Positions 40,801 through 50,465 of a DNA stretch of 64,000 nt are shown here, in pieces. Origin of the DNA: Arsukibacterium sp. (GTDB lineage Bacteria; Pseudomonadota; Gammaproteobacteria; Enterobacterales; Alteromonadaceae); the NCBI RefSeq assembly GCF_036735525.1, contig NZ_DAINOE010000006.1:1073-65072 (forward strand). The letters run 5' to 3'. The position numbers were made by a program, and so were the translations under genes. Below the pieces are notes generated by a model. That model made no database searches. It was given only the letters and a program-made list of their open reading frames with translations, and was not told the origin of the DNA. The first letter of the stretch is position 1. Each line of letters begins with the position of its first letter.

Positions 40801-41038
40801 GCTGCAAATGATTAGGGTTAATCGTGGCCGCTCAGGTGCTACCCTGGTGCAATTGCGCTGGAGTAGTGATGCAGAGCAAGCACTCACTTTATATCGTAAC
40901 GATACACCGGTCGCCAGTTTAAGCCGGCCGGGGCGCTATAATGACCATTTTAAAGATGCCGCAGCCAGCAGCGCAACCTATCGCCTGTGTTTAGATGCAA
41001 CGGCGCAATGCTCTGAGCCTCTGGTGGTTAATTTTTAA
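37856..41038 (+). CDS. ExeM/NucH-family extracellular nuclease (EEP domain with large N-terminal and C-terminal accessory regions)
   Basis: Signal peptide. Central OB-like region (VRVAGTVAEYFEETQL). EEP nuclease motifs (LRVATYNVENLF, IEIEND, GDFNAY, SDHDP). Confidence 0.85.
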   Translation: MKTILSLMLLLATLTVWAQQPIAYWAQNSNSLPGGGAFNPASFPQTADVGLGQLSLSDFDQTQVANGSYQYLQAFAGSSINALSGFAAGGSLAIQGGNGLSNNGASIVIKVDSTGFTDLNISWAQQATATGFNSRTLSWSVDGENYQFIVNDTNSGALAMSLRQFDLSAITELNDQAEVYFKITLDGAANATGNNRFDNILVSGSVLADVGRITVYERDFTTNPFNAGWREVSVSGSERWDWNGSFGNISFSGFVSGSCRPNDSWLISPAFNLDAQADERLSFDIARGFGGTNGLEVYYSTVANAADNFNTADWQLLTTITTADFSTNNVPVRFADFEQLAQQSGVAYIAFRYAFEEGNCSTWRLANIQLTALANTTVADFACGNPVDRIHTVQGSGFQSPLQGAYVQLEAVVTASFQQTTDGGLGGFYLQEMQANTDANPHNSEGIFVYDNGFGVTVQQGDLVRVAGTVAEYFEETQLTNLTDVAVCGSGYASAVTPVAVSLPVHSFAELEALEGMWVSTAADYTVSDVFNAVRFGEFTVSNGRLMVPTQVVSPGPDVAAVMAENSRNRLIIDNARTGTNRLPFINGEDAINPLSAVNPIRNGSLLQAGFNGIMSYGFAAYRLRKLEEPRFISAANPRTAQSDLASGNLRVATYNVENLFVTLQQSGNVCGPNALSCRGATSSSELERQLAKITSAILAIDAAVYALIEIENDADDATLTLLVDRLNQQSTDADWAFIRTGFIGTDAIKPAFIYRANQVSPEGVYAVLDDSVDPDFDTSRQRPALAQSFRTAQNAIFTAVGVHLRAKASCPSGNIPDADQGDGQGCWNQWRSRAASALTRWLDTDPTAVADTDYLVLGDFNAYAMEDPMRILAEAGYVNLATATNGGSSNHYSYTFMGEAGSLDHAIASPSMLAQFVEAKAWHINADEIPAFNYTEGNLPGAGNLPKPASFYNADPFRSSDHDPLVISLQLAPVFPPVVIELQMIRVNRGRSGATLVQLRWSSDAEQALTLYRNDTPVASLSRPGRYNDHFKDAAASSATYRLCLDATAQCSEPLVVNF

Positions 41039-41082
41039 ATAGTTTTAACTAAGCTTATAAGTTAAGTTTACCCTAATAAAAA

Positions 41083-41100
41083 ACCTGCCAGCTGGCAGGT
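41083..41100. terminator. perfect palindrome ACCTGCCAGCTGGCAGGT flanked by A5 and T9 (bidirectional intrinsic terminator)
   Basis: Read from the sequence, between the convergent nuclease and fadE genes. Confidence 0.8.
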
Positions 41101-41123
41101 TTTTTTTTAACAGACCTAAATAC

Positions 41124-43610
41124 TTAAGCGGCTTTGGTTTGCGCTTGTTCTTGCTTTAACGCATCAGCGCCATTAGGTTGCTGGCTTAAGGTTTTATCTG
41201 CCGCCAGATAATTTGGCTCGAAGTCATCTACGTTAATCGCGAATAACCGGCCTTTTTCTGCCACTATCAGCTTGTCGGCTTCGGCTTGGGTAATCACACC
41301 CAACGCTAAACCTAAGGCCGCCACTTCTGCTAAGCGATAGAAAGGTAAGCGTTTATTGGCAGCCTTTGCCACTTTATCAAACAGAGGCTCAGCGGCCAGC
41401 ACATCGGTCAACGCCTGCTCCATTAAGCCCAACTGATTGCCTGGCTCAACCGTCATATACAGGTGATGCGCCAGTCGGTTACGGGCTTCACAGGGCGTTT
41501 GCATAATGCGTGCAACCTGATGATCCAGTATGTCGGCAGGTTTGCGCAAGGTACGACCCCACGGAAATACCACGCGCTTTAATAACACACCAACCAGACG
41601 GTTAGGGAAGTTATTAAACAACTCATCCAGCGCTAATTGCGCTTTGGCCAGGTTATCTTCACAGCACCATTGTACAAAAGGTAAATCCTGCACCTGACGG
41701 CCTTCATCCTGATAACGTTTGAGCACTGCTGAAGTTAAATACAGCATGCTTAAGATATCACCCAGTCGGGCAGAGATACGTTCACGGCGTTTTAAATCAC
41801 CGCCAAGGGTGCCCATAGCCACATCAGACATCAATGCCATGGCTGCACTAAACCGGTTCATTTGCTTGTAGTATTTAGCTGTTTCATCCTGATAAGGGCT
41901 GTGACTAAAGACACCACCGCTTAACGATAACCAAAAGGTACGGAAGAAATTACTGATGGCAAAGCCAATATGACCAAACAAGGCTTTATCAAAGGCAGTA
42001 ACAGCCGCTCCTTGATCAGTTAACTGTGCTGCCTGCAGTTCAGCGAGTACGTAGGGATGGCAACGAATAGCACCCTGACCATAGATAATCATATTACGGG
42101 TCAGAATATTGGCACCTTCAACGGTAATGGCCACAGGTGCGCCCTGATAGCCACGCGCCAGATAGTTATTTGGGCCCATACAAATACCCTTACCGCCATG
42201 AATGTCCATGGCATCATTAATGGCCGTGCGCATGCGCTCGGTCATATGGTATTTGGTAATAGCAGAGATAACAGACGGTTTTTCGCCTAAATCGATGGCA
42301 CCTACTGACATAGTAGTAGAAGCATCTGCCATATAGGCATAACCACCAATACGTGCCATGGCTTCTTCTACGCCTTCCATTTTACCTATTGGTAATTTAA
42401 ATTGGCGACGAATCCGTGAATAAGCGCCGGTCGCCATAGCGGCGGCCTTAATACCACCTGTGCTGTTTGATGGCAGAGTAATAGCGCGGCCAATTGACAG
42501 GCATTCCATCAACATACGCCAGCCCTGACCCGCCATAGCCGGGCCACCAATAATATAATCCAGGGGTACAAAAATATCTTTACCCTGAGTTGGTCCATTC
42601 TGGAATGGCACATTCAGCGGGAAATGACGGCGCCCAATTTTCACGCCAGGCGTATTGGCTGGGATCAGCGCACAAGTAATACCTAAATCTTCTTTATCAC
42701 CCAGCAGCTTATCCGGATCCTGCAGTTTAAACGCCAAGCCCAATACCGTAGCAATAGGTGCCAGCGTAATATAGCGTTTGTCCCAGGTCAGGCGCATGCC
42801 TAAGACTTCTTTACCTTGCCAATCGCCTTTACAGACAATACCAAAGTCTGGAATAGCACCGGCGTCAGAGCCGGCTTCCGGGCTGGTTAAGGCAAAACAT
42901 GGCACATCAATACCTTTGGCCAGACGGGGTAAATAATATTGTTGTTGTTGCTCCGTACCATAGTGCTGTAACAATTCGCCCGGGCCTAAAGAGTTAGGCA
43001 CGCCAACGATACTGGATAACATCATGCTTTTACTGGTCAGCTTTTGCAGCACACAAGATTGGGCAAAAGCAGAAAACTCCAGGCCACCAAATTCTTTTTT
43101 GATGATCATGGCAAAAAAGCCATTAGCTTTCAGATATTCATACACTTCTGGTGCTAAGTCTGAGCGCTCGTGGGTGCTGTGCCAGTCGTCAACCATGGCC
43201 AACAGCTCTTCTACCGGGCCATCTAAAAAGGCTTGCTCTTCTGCACTTAACCGCGGCTTAGGGAAATTGTGCATTTTATGCCAGTCTGGGTTACCGCGGA
43301 ATAAATCTGCTTCCCACCAGGTAGTGCCGGCATCAATAGCTTCTTTTTCGGTGGTAGACATTTCCGGCATGATTTTGCGGTATATGCCCAGTAATGGCTT
43401 GGTCAGGTAACGTTGGCGAATGACCGCAATATTCAGCGGCAGGGCCAGCAGCAGAAAAATAACCCAGCTAATTACACCGGTTGTTGCAGTTAAGGTACCC
43501 ACTACCAGCAAAGCGGCAATAGCAATGGTAAACATTGTTAGGCTGGCACGATAGTAAGATAAAACACTTACCATCAGCAGTAGCACGACAAAAAAATAAA
43601 ACAGATTCAT
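41124..43610 (-). CDS. fadE: acyl-CoA dehydrogenase FadE
   Basis: About 828 aa from the ATG at 43610 (AGGAG RBS). N-terminal TM segments, then the ACAD core and the FadE-specific C-terminal domain. Confidence 0.92.
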   Translation of the reverse strand: MNLFYFFVVLLLMVSVLSYYRASLTMFTIAIAALLVVGTLTATTGVISWVIFLLLALPLNIAVIRQRYLTKPLLGIYRKIMPEMSTTEKEAIDAGTTWWEADLFRGNPDWHKMHNFPKPRLSAEEQAFLDGPVEELLAMVDDWHSTHERSDLAPEVYEYLKANGFFAMIIKKEFGGLEFSAFAQSCVLQKLTSKSMMLSSIVGVPNSLGPGELLQHYGTEQQQQYYLPRLAKGIDVPCFALTSPEAGSDAGAIPDFGIVCKGDWQGKEVLGMRLTWDKRYITLAPIATVLGLAFKLQDPDKLLGDKEDLGITCALIPANTPGVKIGRRHFPLNVPFQNGPTQGKDIFVPLDYIIGGPAMAGQGWRMLMECLSIGRAITLPSNSTGGIKAAAMATGAYSRIRRQFKLPIGKMEGVEEAMARIGGYAYMADASTTMSVGAIDLGEKPSVISAITKYHMTERMRTAINDAMDIHGGKGICMGPNNYLARGYQGAPVAITVEGANILTRNMIIYGQGAIRCHPYVLAELQAAQLTDQGAAVTAFDKALFGHIGFAISNFFRTFWLSLSGGVFSHSPYQDETAKYYKQMNRFSAAMALMSDVAMGTLGGDLKRRERISARLGDILSMLYLTSAVLKRYQDEGRQVQDLPFVQWCCEDNLAKAQLALDELFNNFPNRLVGVLLKRVVFPWGRTLRKPADILDHQVARIMQTPCEARNRLAHHLYMTVEPGNQLGLMEQALTDVLAAEPLFDKVAKAANKRLPFYRLAEVAALGLALGVITQAEADKLIVAEKGRLFAINVDDFEPNYLAADKTLSQQPNGADALKQEQAQTKAA

Positions 43611-43872
43611 TATAATCTCCTGGATAGAGGTCTGACCACTAATCTCCAAGCTTAGAGTGCTTTAGATAAAGTTGCAAGTACTTATCACCTTAGGCTAACA
43701 AACTGATTGTCAACTTAAGTTGCAGGCACTAGTCTTGAGAGTTAGTAATGGAACGCTGCAAATGTAAGTTATTTACACTTTATATTTACGTATAAAGATA
43801 GCCCTCTGGCTCAGTGTTTGCTAAGCAATGCGTGGTTTTAGTGAGTCACCGGCCAAAAATGAAGGATTCCGG

Positions 43873-44640
43873 ATGTGTGAATTACTGGGTATGTCAGCTA
43901 ATGTGCCAACAGATATTTGTTTTAGTTTTAAAGGGTTAAAAGAGCGGGGCGGTCGCACCGGGCCACATAAAGATGGCTGGGGAGTGGCGTTTTATGAAAA
44001 AAAAGGGGTTTGTACTTTTAAAGATGCGCTGCCAAGCCATCAATCTGAAATAGCCCGCTTGGTGTCAGATTGTCCGATTAAAAGTACCGCGGTGATTGCC
44101 CATGTGCGCCAGGCCAACCGTGGCCGGGTTGGCCTGGAAAATACCCACCCGTTTACCCGGGAACTGTGGGGCCGTTACTGGACTTATGCGCACAATGGCC
44201 AGCTAACCGATTACAAACAGCTTAAGCTGGGGCGCTTTTTGCCTGTGGGCACCACCGATAGTGAGCGGGCTTTTTGTTATTTACTGGGTGAGCTGGAGCA
44301 GCGTTTTGGTCAGCGTTCACCAGGGCCGAAGGCTGCTTTTCGTTTTATTCAAAAGCTGGTCCCTAAGCTGCAGCAGCTAGGCGTTTTTAATATGCTACTG
44401 ACAGATGGTGAGTACCTGCTCACCTATTGCACCACCAAGCTGCATTGGATCACCCGTCGCGCCCCTTTTGGCATGGCGCGTTTGTCGGATGTTGATGTGG
44501 ATATCGATTTTAGCCGGGAAACCACACCTAATGATGTGGTGACTATTATTGCCACTGAACCCTTAACTAATAACGAGCAGTGGCACCGGATGTTGCCCGG
44601 AGAAAGTCAGTTATTTCGCTACGGCGAGCCTATCGTCTGA
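43873..44640 (+). CDS. yafJ: class II glutamine amidotransferase (YafJ-like)
   Basis: The start MCELLGMS gives the obligatory N-terminal Cys. GAAGGA RBS. The track ORF start at 43828 is rejected. Confidence 0.88.
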   Translation: MCELLGMSANVPTDICFSFKGLKERGGRTGPHKDGWGVAFYEKKGVCTFKDALPSHQSEIARLVSDCPIKSTAVIAHVRQANRGRVGLENTHPFTRELWGRYWTYAHNGQLTDYKQLKLGRFLPVGTTDSERAFCYLLGELEQRFGQRSPGPKAAFRFIQKLVPKLQQLGVFNMLLTDGEYLLTYCTTKLHWITRRAPFGMARLSDVDVDIDFSRETTPNDVVTIIATEPLTNNEQWHRMLPGESQLFRYGEPIV

Positions 44641-45414
44641 ATGGTTTCTCTCAGCAGATAACGTTTGAAGCACAGCCTCAGAGAGTGTCAGTTTATGTAA
44701 CTGTACATCAAATTGCTCGACGTTATCTTCGCCGTGCCAGATGCGAACCAGCATGAAGTCCAGCTCGGGAGCCAGCCAGGCCAGTACTTGCTTTTTCGGA
44801 TCGTCATCCACCCGGGCAACGCGAATCGCGCGGATAGTGCCATAGGGCAGGGCTAAAGGCTCTTCTGTAACCACGCGGTAATAGTAGGTTTTACTGTTGC
44901 CGTTACGATTAAGCACTTCGTAAGAAAACTCGGTTTTACCCGCTTTCACGTCCAGTGCCAGTTGCTGATGAAAGCTTAACGGATCCAGCCATTGTGGCTG
45001 CCAACTGTCGGCTTTCAGTCGTTGCTCTTTGCCGACAAAGAGTTGCTGTTGCTGCTGATTTAAATGCAGTTCGTAATGACGGCTTGAACCGGTACCGCTG
45101 CGGGTCATGAGATAAGATAATGGTTTAACATGTTGTTTTTCTAGCAAAAAACGCGATACCTCACTGCGCCTGTCTCGAAAAACAAGCCAGCTGATATTAC
45201 TGCTATAGCCCAGCTCATAAACGCCATCTTGCTCTGTTAAATAACGTTTGGCTTCACCGTGTTTTTTACCACCGCGATAAACAATATATTGAGCTTCAAA
45301 GGGGGTTAACTGAAGACTGGGTTCGGTTGCTGCCTGCAAGGTAGTGCTGCTGAGAAAGGCGGCACTGCACAGGCAGATACTGAAAAAAAATGACGCTTTA
45401 CTGCGCCATTTCAT
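44611..45414 (-). CDS. DUF3108-like secreted protein
   Basis: MKWRSKASFFFSICLCSAAFLSS signal. Its position next to purN matches what I recall for this family. The start is ambiguous (45414..45444). Confidence 0.65.
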   Translation of the reverse strand: MKWRSKASFFFSICLCSAAFLSSTTLQAATEPSLQLTPFEAQYIVYRGGKKHGEAKRYLTEQDGVYELGYSSNISWLVFRDRRSEVSRFLLEKQHVKPLSYLMTRSGTGSSRHYELHLNQQQQQLFVGKEQRLKADSWQPQWLDPLSFHQQLALDVKAGKTEFSYEVLNRNGNSKTYYYRVVTEEPLALPYGTIRAIRVARVDDDPKKQVLAWLAPELDFMLVRIWHGEDNVEQFDVQLHKLTLSEAVLQTLSAERNHSDDRLAVAK

Positions 45415-46069
45415 GCTCATCATTGGCATCTTCATCATTGGCATAACCCTGCTGTGGTAGTAACTGATTATCTAACCATGCCTGATCTGCACGCTGCTGT
45501 AAACGTTGCTGGCAAAACCACCGTACCACTAGAGGGTAAATCTGATGTTCTTGCTCATGCACCCGTTCAGCCACACTGCTGGCATCATCGTCGGGAAATA
45601 CCGGTACCTTGGCCTGCAGTATCACCGGGCCACCATCTAATTGCTCAGTGACAAAGTGTACGCTGCAGCCATGTACGCTGTCACCGGCGTCAATTGCGCG
45701 CTGGTGAGTATGTAATCCTTGGTACTTCGGCAGCAAAGAAGGATGAATGTTCAATAATTTTCCGGAATAATGTGCAACAAAGCCAGGCGATAAGATCCGC
45801 ATAAAGCCGGCAAGCACCACCAGATCAGGTGAGAATTTCTCAATTTGCCGGATTAGCGCCATGTCATAAGCGTCACGGCTGGCAAAGTCTTTATGGCTTA
45901 ACACTACAGCGGGCACGGCAGCTTGCCGGGCCCGCTCTAAACCGTAGACGTTGGCTTTATTGGAGATAACAGCACTGACCTGGCCAGGAATAAAACCACT
46001 GCCACAAGCATCAAGTATCGCCTGTAAATTACTGCCATTGCCCGAAATCAGTACAACTATAGATTTCAT
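45398..46069 (-). CDS. purN: phosphoribosylglycinamide formyltransferase
   Basis: SGNGSNLQAI, LAGFMRIL and NIHPSLLP motifs. Confidence 0.95.
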   Translation of the reverse strand: MKSIVVLISGNGSNLQAILDACGSGFIPGQVSAVISNKANVYGLERARQAAVPAVVLSHKDFASRDAYDMALIRQIEKFSPDLVVLAGFMRILSPGFVAHYSGKLLNIHPSLLPKYQGLHTHQRAIDAGDSVHGCSVHFVTEQLDGGPVILQAKVPVFPDDDASSVAERVHEQEHQIYPLVVRWFCQQRLQQRADQAWLDNQLLPQQGYANDEDANDEHEMAQ

Positions 46070-46078
46070 GCCGCCTCG

Positions 46079-47122
46079 TTACTCGTTAATAATAACCTGT
46101 TGTTCATCGTCAGCAGCACTTTGGATTTCACCCAAATGCCAGGCGGTTTCACCCGCTTGCTGTAGCATGCTAAGCGCAGCAGTCAGCTGTGCTGCCGGCA
46201 CCACTACGATCATGCCAACGCCACAGTTAAAGGTACGGTACATTTCGTGACGGCTGATATTACCTTGCTGCTGTAACCAGTTAAAAACCGCTGGCCACTG
46301 CCAACTGTGGCCATCGATGACCGCTTTTGTTTTGGCAGGTAATACCCGTGGGATATTTTCCCAAAAGCCACCACCTGTAATATGACACAGGGCATGCACC
46401 GGCTGTTGCTTAATAAGCTCAAGTAGGTTCTTTACGTAAATACGGGTTGGTTCTAACAGATGATCGGCTAGCGATTTACCTTCAAGCAGGCTGTCGGCAG
46501 ACTGTTTACTGACTTCCAGTACTTTGCGAATTAACGAAAAGCCATTGGAATGCGGGCCAGATGACGCCAGGGCAATGAGTTGATCGCCAGCGGCGACTTT
46601 ACTGCCATCAATAATATCGGCTTTTTCGACCACGCCAACACAAAAACCGGCGATATCATAATCATCACCATGGTACATGCCTGGCATTTCAGCCGTTTCA
46701 CCGCCAACCAGCGAACAACCTGATTGCACACAGCCCTCAGCAATACCCGCTACTACCGCAGAGGCGGTATCTAAATCCAATTTGCCGGTGGCGTAATAAT
46801 CAAGGAAGAACAAGGGCTCAGCACCTTGCACCACTAGATCGTTGACACACATCGCTACCAGGTCAATACCGACGCCATCATGCCGTTTCAAGTCCATCGC
46901 TAAACGTAACTTAGTACCGACACCATCAGTACCTGACACCAACACCGGCTCTTTATAACCCGCCGGAATTTGGCACAAGGCACCAAAACCACCGAGGCCA
47001 CCCATAACTTCAGGACGGCGGGTGCGCTTCACTGCACCTTTAATACGTTCGACCAGGGCATTACCTGCGTCTATATCTACTCCGGCGTCTTTGTAACTTA
47101 ATGATGTTTTTTGCTCGCTCAC
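46079..47122 (-). CDS. purM: phosphoribosylformylglycinamidine cyclo-ligase
   Basis: 347 aa, [12 protein letters not shown]...DGVGTKL..., full-length PurM. Confidence 0.97.
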   Translation of the reverse strand: MSEQKTSLSYKDAGVDIDAGNALVERIKGAVKRTRRPEVMGGLGGFGALCQIPAGYKEPVLVSGTDGVGTKLRLAMDLKRHDGVGIDLVAMCVNDLVVQGAEPLFFLDYYATGKLDLDTASAVVAGIAEGCVQSGCSLVGGETAEMPGMYHGDDYDIAGFCVGVVEKADIIDGSKVAAGDQLIALASSGPHSNGFSLIRKVLEVSKQSADSLLEGKSLADHLLEPTRIYVKNLLELIKQQPVHALCHITGGGFWENIPRVLPAKTKAVIDGHSWQWPAVFNWLQQQGNISRHEMYRTFNCGVGMIVVVPAAQLTAALSMLQQAGETAWHLGEIQSAADDEQQVIINE

Positions 47123-47195
47123 GGCTGTCCTCGAATGGCTAAGGGTTGGCTAGAATGGCCGGCATTTTACCTGTATAACTGCGCCGACAAAAGCA

Positions 47196-47603
47196 TTACT
47201 GCATAGCATTTGCTTTTGCTAGTTGCAGGTACTGTTGCACACTGATGTTGTTATCCTGGGTGAGTTTATGATAACAGACTGAAGCAAAAGGAAATTCCTT
47301 GTCTGCAAGCTGAACCGCAACGTAGGGGGCGGCTTGTTCCAGCTGGTTATTGTGCCAGTGGCCACCAATCTGTTGTATAAAAATCTGCCCCAGATAAGCC
47401 CCAAAAATATTACTCAGCGTAAACAGCATCTCGGTAGAAAAGGCGTTGCTCAGCTGCTGCTGGTGTAATTTTGATAGAATATCATCGACCAGCGCCAGGC
47501 TACCCAGGCTAAAATCGAGTTGATGTTCAAACTGCTCGGCACTGTAGCTTACTGCATCTGCAGCAGCGGCTTGCATTAACTCAACTAACTCTTGCTGTTG
47601 CAT
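47196..47603 (-). CDS. hypothetical protein
   Basis: 135-aa ORF starting 1 nt after the LysR stop. No recognisable motifs. Confidence 0.45.
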   Translation of the reverse strand: MQQQELVELMQAAAADAVSYSAEQFEHQLDFSLGSLALVDDILSKLHQQQLSNAFSTEMLFTLSNIFGAYLGQIFIQQIGGHWHNNQLEQAAPYVAVQLADKEFPFASVCYHKLTQDNNISVQQYLQLAKANAMQ

Positions 47604-47604
47604 A

Positions 47605-48501
47605 TTAATCCTTTTTTATATTATGCGCCTGCAACAGCAGCTGCCGTAACTGGCGGCTGCCGGGGCCCAGAGCGTCTTCCTGGGGGGTAAGTAACGCCAT
47701 TGGTACCAATTTCTCACTGCTTTGGCTTAGCGGTAACTGTACCAGGCTACCTTGTTGTAAGCCTTGTTGCACCGTAAAGTCTGGTAACCAGCAAAATCCC
47801 AGGCCTAGCTGTAAGATTTCAATAGCTTCGTAAAAATTATCTACGGTCCAGCGTTGCTCTGCCCGTAACCAGCCAATATTTTCCTGAGGTTTTTGTGCGG
47901 TATCCCGGATCACAATTTGCAAATGCTGGCTAAGCACATTGGCATCCAGTGGCTGTTGCTGAGCCAATGGGTGTTGGCTACCAACGACCGGCACAAAGCG
48001 GGTTACGCACAAAGGTTCCGCTAAATAGCCCTTGGGGATAAGACCACAAATCACCAGGTCCGCTTTTTTATGCTGAATAATTTCTGTAGTACCGGTGAGC
48101 ACAGTATCAATAATCTGCACCCTGCTGCCACGGCTAATCGGATAAAATTGCTGTAGCGCCTGATATAAAAAATGTTTAGGGTAGGCTAACTCAACCGCTA
48201 TACGAATTTCCGGCTCCCAGCCACGGTCAATGTTATCAGCTAGCAATTCTAAATCTTCAATTTGCTGGGTCAGGATACGCGAGCGGCGCAACATGACTTC
48301 GCCGGCGGGGGTGAGTTGTGCCTTGCGTCCAATGACTTCTAACAGCTCCACCCCAAGCTGAGACTGTAACTTAGCTACTGCATGATTTAACGATGACTGA
48401 CTTTTATTAAGCATGTCAGCTGCCTGGGCATAGCCGCCGGCATCTACTACCGCTTGCAGAATACGCCATTGCTCGAGGGTTGATTTAGGGCGGTATGGCA
48501 T
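47605..48501 (-). CDS. LysR family transcriptional regulator
   Basis: HTH (YAQAADMLNKSQSSLNHAVAKLQSQLGVELL) followed by a LysR effector domain. Confidence 0.9.
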   Translation of the reverse strand: MPYRPKSTLEQWRILQAVVDAGGYAQAADMLNKSQSSLNHAVAKLQSQLGVELLEVIGRKAQLTPAGEVMLRRSRILTQQIEDLELLADNIDRGWEPEIRIAVELAYPKHFLYQALQQFYPISRGSRVQIIDTVLTGTTEIIQHKKADLVICGLIPKGYLAEPLCVTRFVPVVGSQHPLAQQQPLDANVLSQHLQIVIRDTAQKPQENIGWLRAEQRWTVDNFYEAIEILQLGLGFCWLPDFTVQQGLQQGSLVQLPLSQSSEKLVPMALLTPQEDALGPGSRQLRQLLLQAHNIKKD

Positions 48502-48517
48502 AAGCGTGCTTGAAACC

Positions 48518-49501
48518 TCAATCTGGTAACCTGGCTAGCAGTACCGCCCTGAGCGGTGCCGGATAACCTTCGATAGTTTTACTATGATCATTTGGGTCAA
48601 GAAAATCAATTAAACTTTCATTTTCCATCCAGTCAGTAGCACGTTGCTCCAATATTGAAGTGCTATTTAAATCGACGACCTTCACATCAATAAAACCCAG
48701 CCGAGTTAACCAGTGACATAAGGCGGCACAGCTGGGAATAAACCAGACATTACGCATTTTGGCATAGCGCTCGCCCGGCACCAGAACAGTGTGTTCGTCA
48801 CCCTCTATGACCAGGGTTTCCAACACTAATTCACCACCAGGGCGTAATTGTTGTTTTAACTGCTGTAAAAAATCTATGGGCGAGCGGCGATGATAAAGTA
48901 CTCCCATTGAAAACACCGTATCAAACTGCTTAAGGGCTGGTAAATCATCGATACCCAATGGAATAAGGTTGACATTTGGGTCTGGATTAAAATGTTTAAT
49001 AGCTTGAAATTGCGCATAAAATAATTGTGAAGGGTCAATGCCCACCACAAAATCGGCTCCTTCGCCACGCATGCGCCACAGGTGATAACCGCTACCACAG
49101 CCGACGTCCAGTACATAACGGTGCTGCAGTGGGCTGATATGGGGCAGTACACGTTGCCACTTCCAATCTGAGCGCCATTCGGTGTCAATGTCGATACCAT
49201 AAATAGAAAAGGGGCCTTTACGCCAGGGTTTCAGTTGTTGCAGTAAAAAACGGATCCGCTCAGCCTGACCCTGGCTAATGTCCTGCGCTTGTCCGAATTG
49301 CACAGCCTGCCGTAATTCGACATAGTTACTGTGGCACTGCGGCAAATGATTCAGCACTTTTTGCCAGGCGGCAAAGTCGCCATGCAAAGCATCACGAGAC
49401 CAACTGGCCAGTTGCGCGGGTAAGGTTTCAAGCCAGCTTTGCAGGCGGTTTTGTGCCAGTTGGCTATAAAAGGCATTAAAGTCGAGCAGGGCTTGTTTCA
49501 T
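48518..49501 (-). CDS. cmoB: tRNA U34 carboxymethyltransferase
   Basis: 327 aa, collinear with CmoB ([18 protein letters not shown]). Confidence 0.94.
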   Translation of the reverse strand: MKQALLDFNAFYSQLAQNRLQSWLETLPAQLASWSRDALHGDFAAWQKVLNHLPQCHSNYVELRQAVQFGQAQDISQGQAERIRFLLQQLKPWRKGPFSIYGIDIDTEWRSDWKWQRVLPHISPLQHRYVLDVGCGSGYHLWRMRGEGADFVVGIDPSQLFYAQFQAIKHFNPDPNVNLIPLGIDDLPALKQFDTVFSMGVLYHRRSPIDFLQQLKQQLRPGGELVLETLVIEGDEHTVLVPGERYAKMRNVWFIPSCAALCHWLTRLGFIDVKVVDLNSTSILEQRATDWMENESLIDFLDPNDHSKTIEGYPAPLRAVLLARLPD

Positions 49502-49566
49502 GTTACTCTCATTAAGACTCAGTTCCAGGCAAATGTTAACATTTGCACTCGCGTTGATTGTTGCCG

Positions 49567-50310
49567 TTACTTTATTGCCACCAGCGAGCAGAAATTAAAG
49601 CACTGGAACCAGACCGTCTGTTTTACAAAACCTGACTGCTGTAAACGCTGTTGTTGCTCCTGCAAAGTATCTGGCAGCATGACTTTTTCCAGCGCACTAC
49701 GTTTTTGGCTGATTTCCAATTCGCTGTAGCCATTGGCACGCTTAAAGTCGTGATGCAGGGTAATCAGCAAATCATGGGTCTCTGGCTCAGAGGTTAAAAT
49801 CTTTTCAGATAGCACCAAAATGCCACCCGGTTTCATGCCACGATAAATATTGGCAATTAACGCATCCCGGTCAGTTTTGGGTAAAAACTGCAGGGTAAAA
49901 TTAATCACAACCATGGCGGCATTGCTGATCTCAAGCTGGCGTATATCTGCCAGTTTTACCTCCACCGGCACCTCTGAACGAAACGCCTGCAAATGCCGTT
50001 CACAGCGTTCTACCATGGCCTGGCTATTATCAACCGCAATAATGCGGGCACCAGAGCTGTTGATATTACGCCGCATGGCCAGGGTCGCTGCGCCTAAAGA
50101 GCAGCCTAAATCATAATAATGGCTATCGGCTTGCTGGTAGCGTGCTGCCAGTTTGCCAATAGTCTGCACTATGGTTTGATAACCTGGCACTGAGCGCTGA
50201 ATCATATCGGCGAAAACATCGGCTACCTGTTCGTCAAACCGAAAATCTTCAATATGTGCCAGTGGCTCGGCGTAAATCACATCTTTTTGCATCATCTCTA
50301 TCAGCTTCAC
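49567..50310 (-). CDS. cmoA: carboxy-S-adenosyl-L-methionine synthase
   Basis: 247 aa. [23 protein letters not shown] and YDLGCSLGA motifs. Confidence 0.94.
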   Translation of the reverse strand: MKLIEMMQKDVIYAEPLAHIEDFRFDEQVADVFADMIQRSVPGYQTIVQTIGKLAARYQQADSHYYDLGCSLGAATLAMRRNINSSGARIIAVDNSQAMVERCERHLQAFRSEVPVEVKLADIRQLEISNAAMVVINFTLQFLPKTDRDALIANIYRGMKPGGILVLSEKILTSEPETHDLLITLHHDFKRANGYSELEISQKRSALEKVMLPDTLQEQQQRLQQSGFVKQTVWFQCFNFCSLVAIK

Positions 50311-50465
50311 CCGCGTAAAAGCGGCAGTTTACCTTAAAATTGGCAAGGCGAACATGCTATGGTCGTTGCCGACAATCTGGTTGGTGTTTATTTTATCGCG
50401 CAGTAATGCGGTCAGCCGCTTGACCAACTGCCAATCGCAGCGTAAAACTAAGGTTGGCCTGACAT

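Noticed and set aside
43650-43872. FadR/PsrA-like operator in the fadE-yafJ divergent region (AACTGATTGTCAACTT).
   Set aside because: It matches only part of the FadR half-sites. There are too many mismatches to call without a matrix scan.
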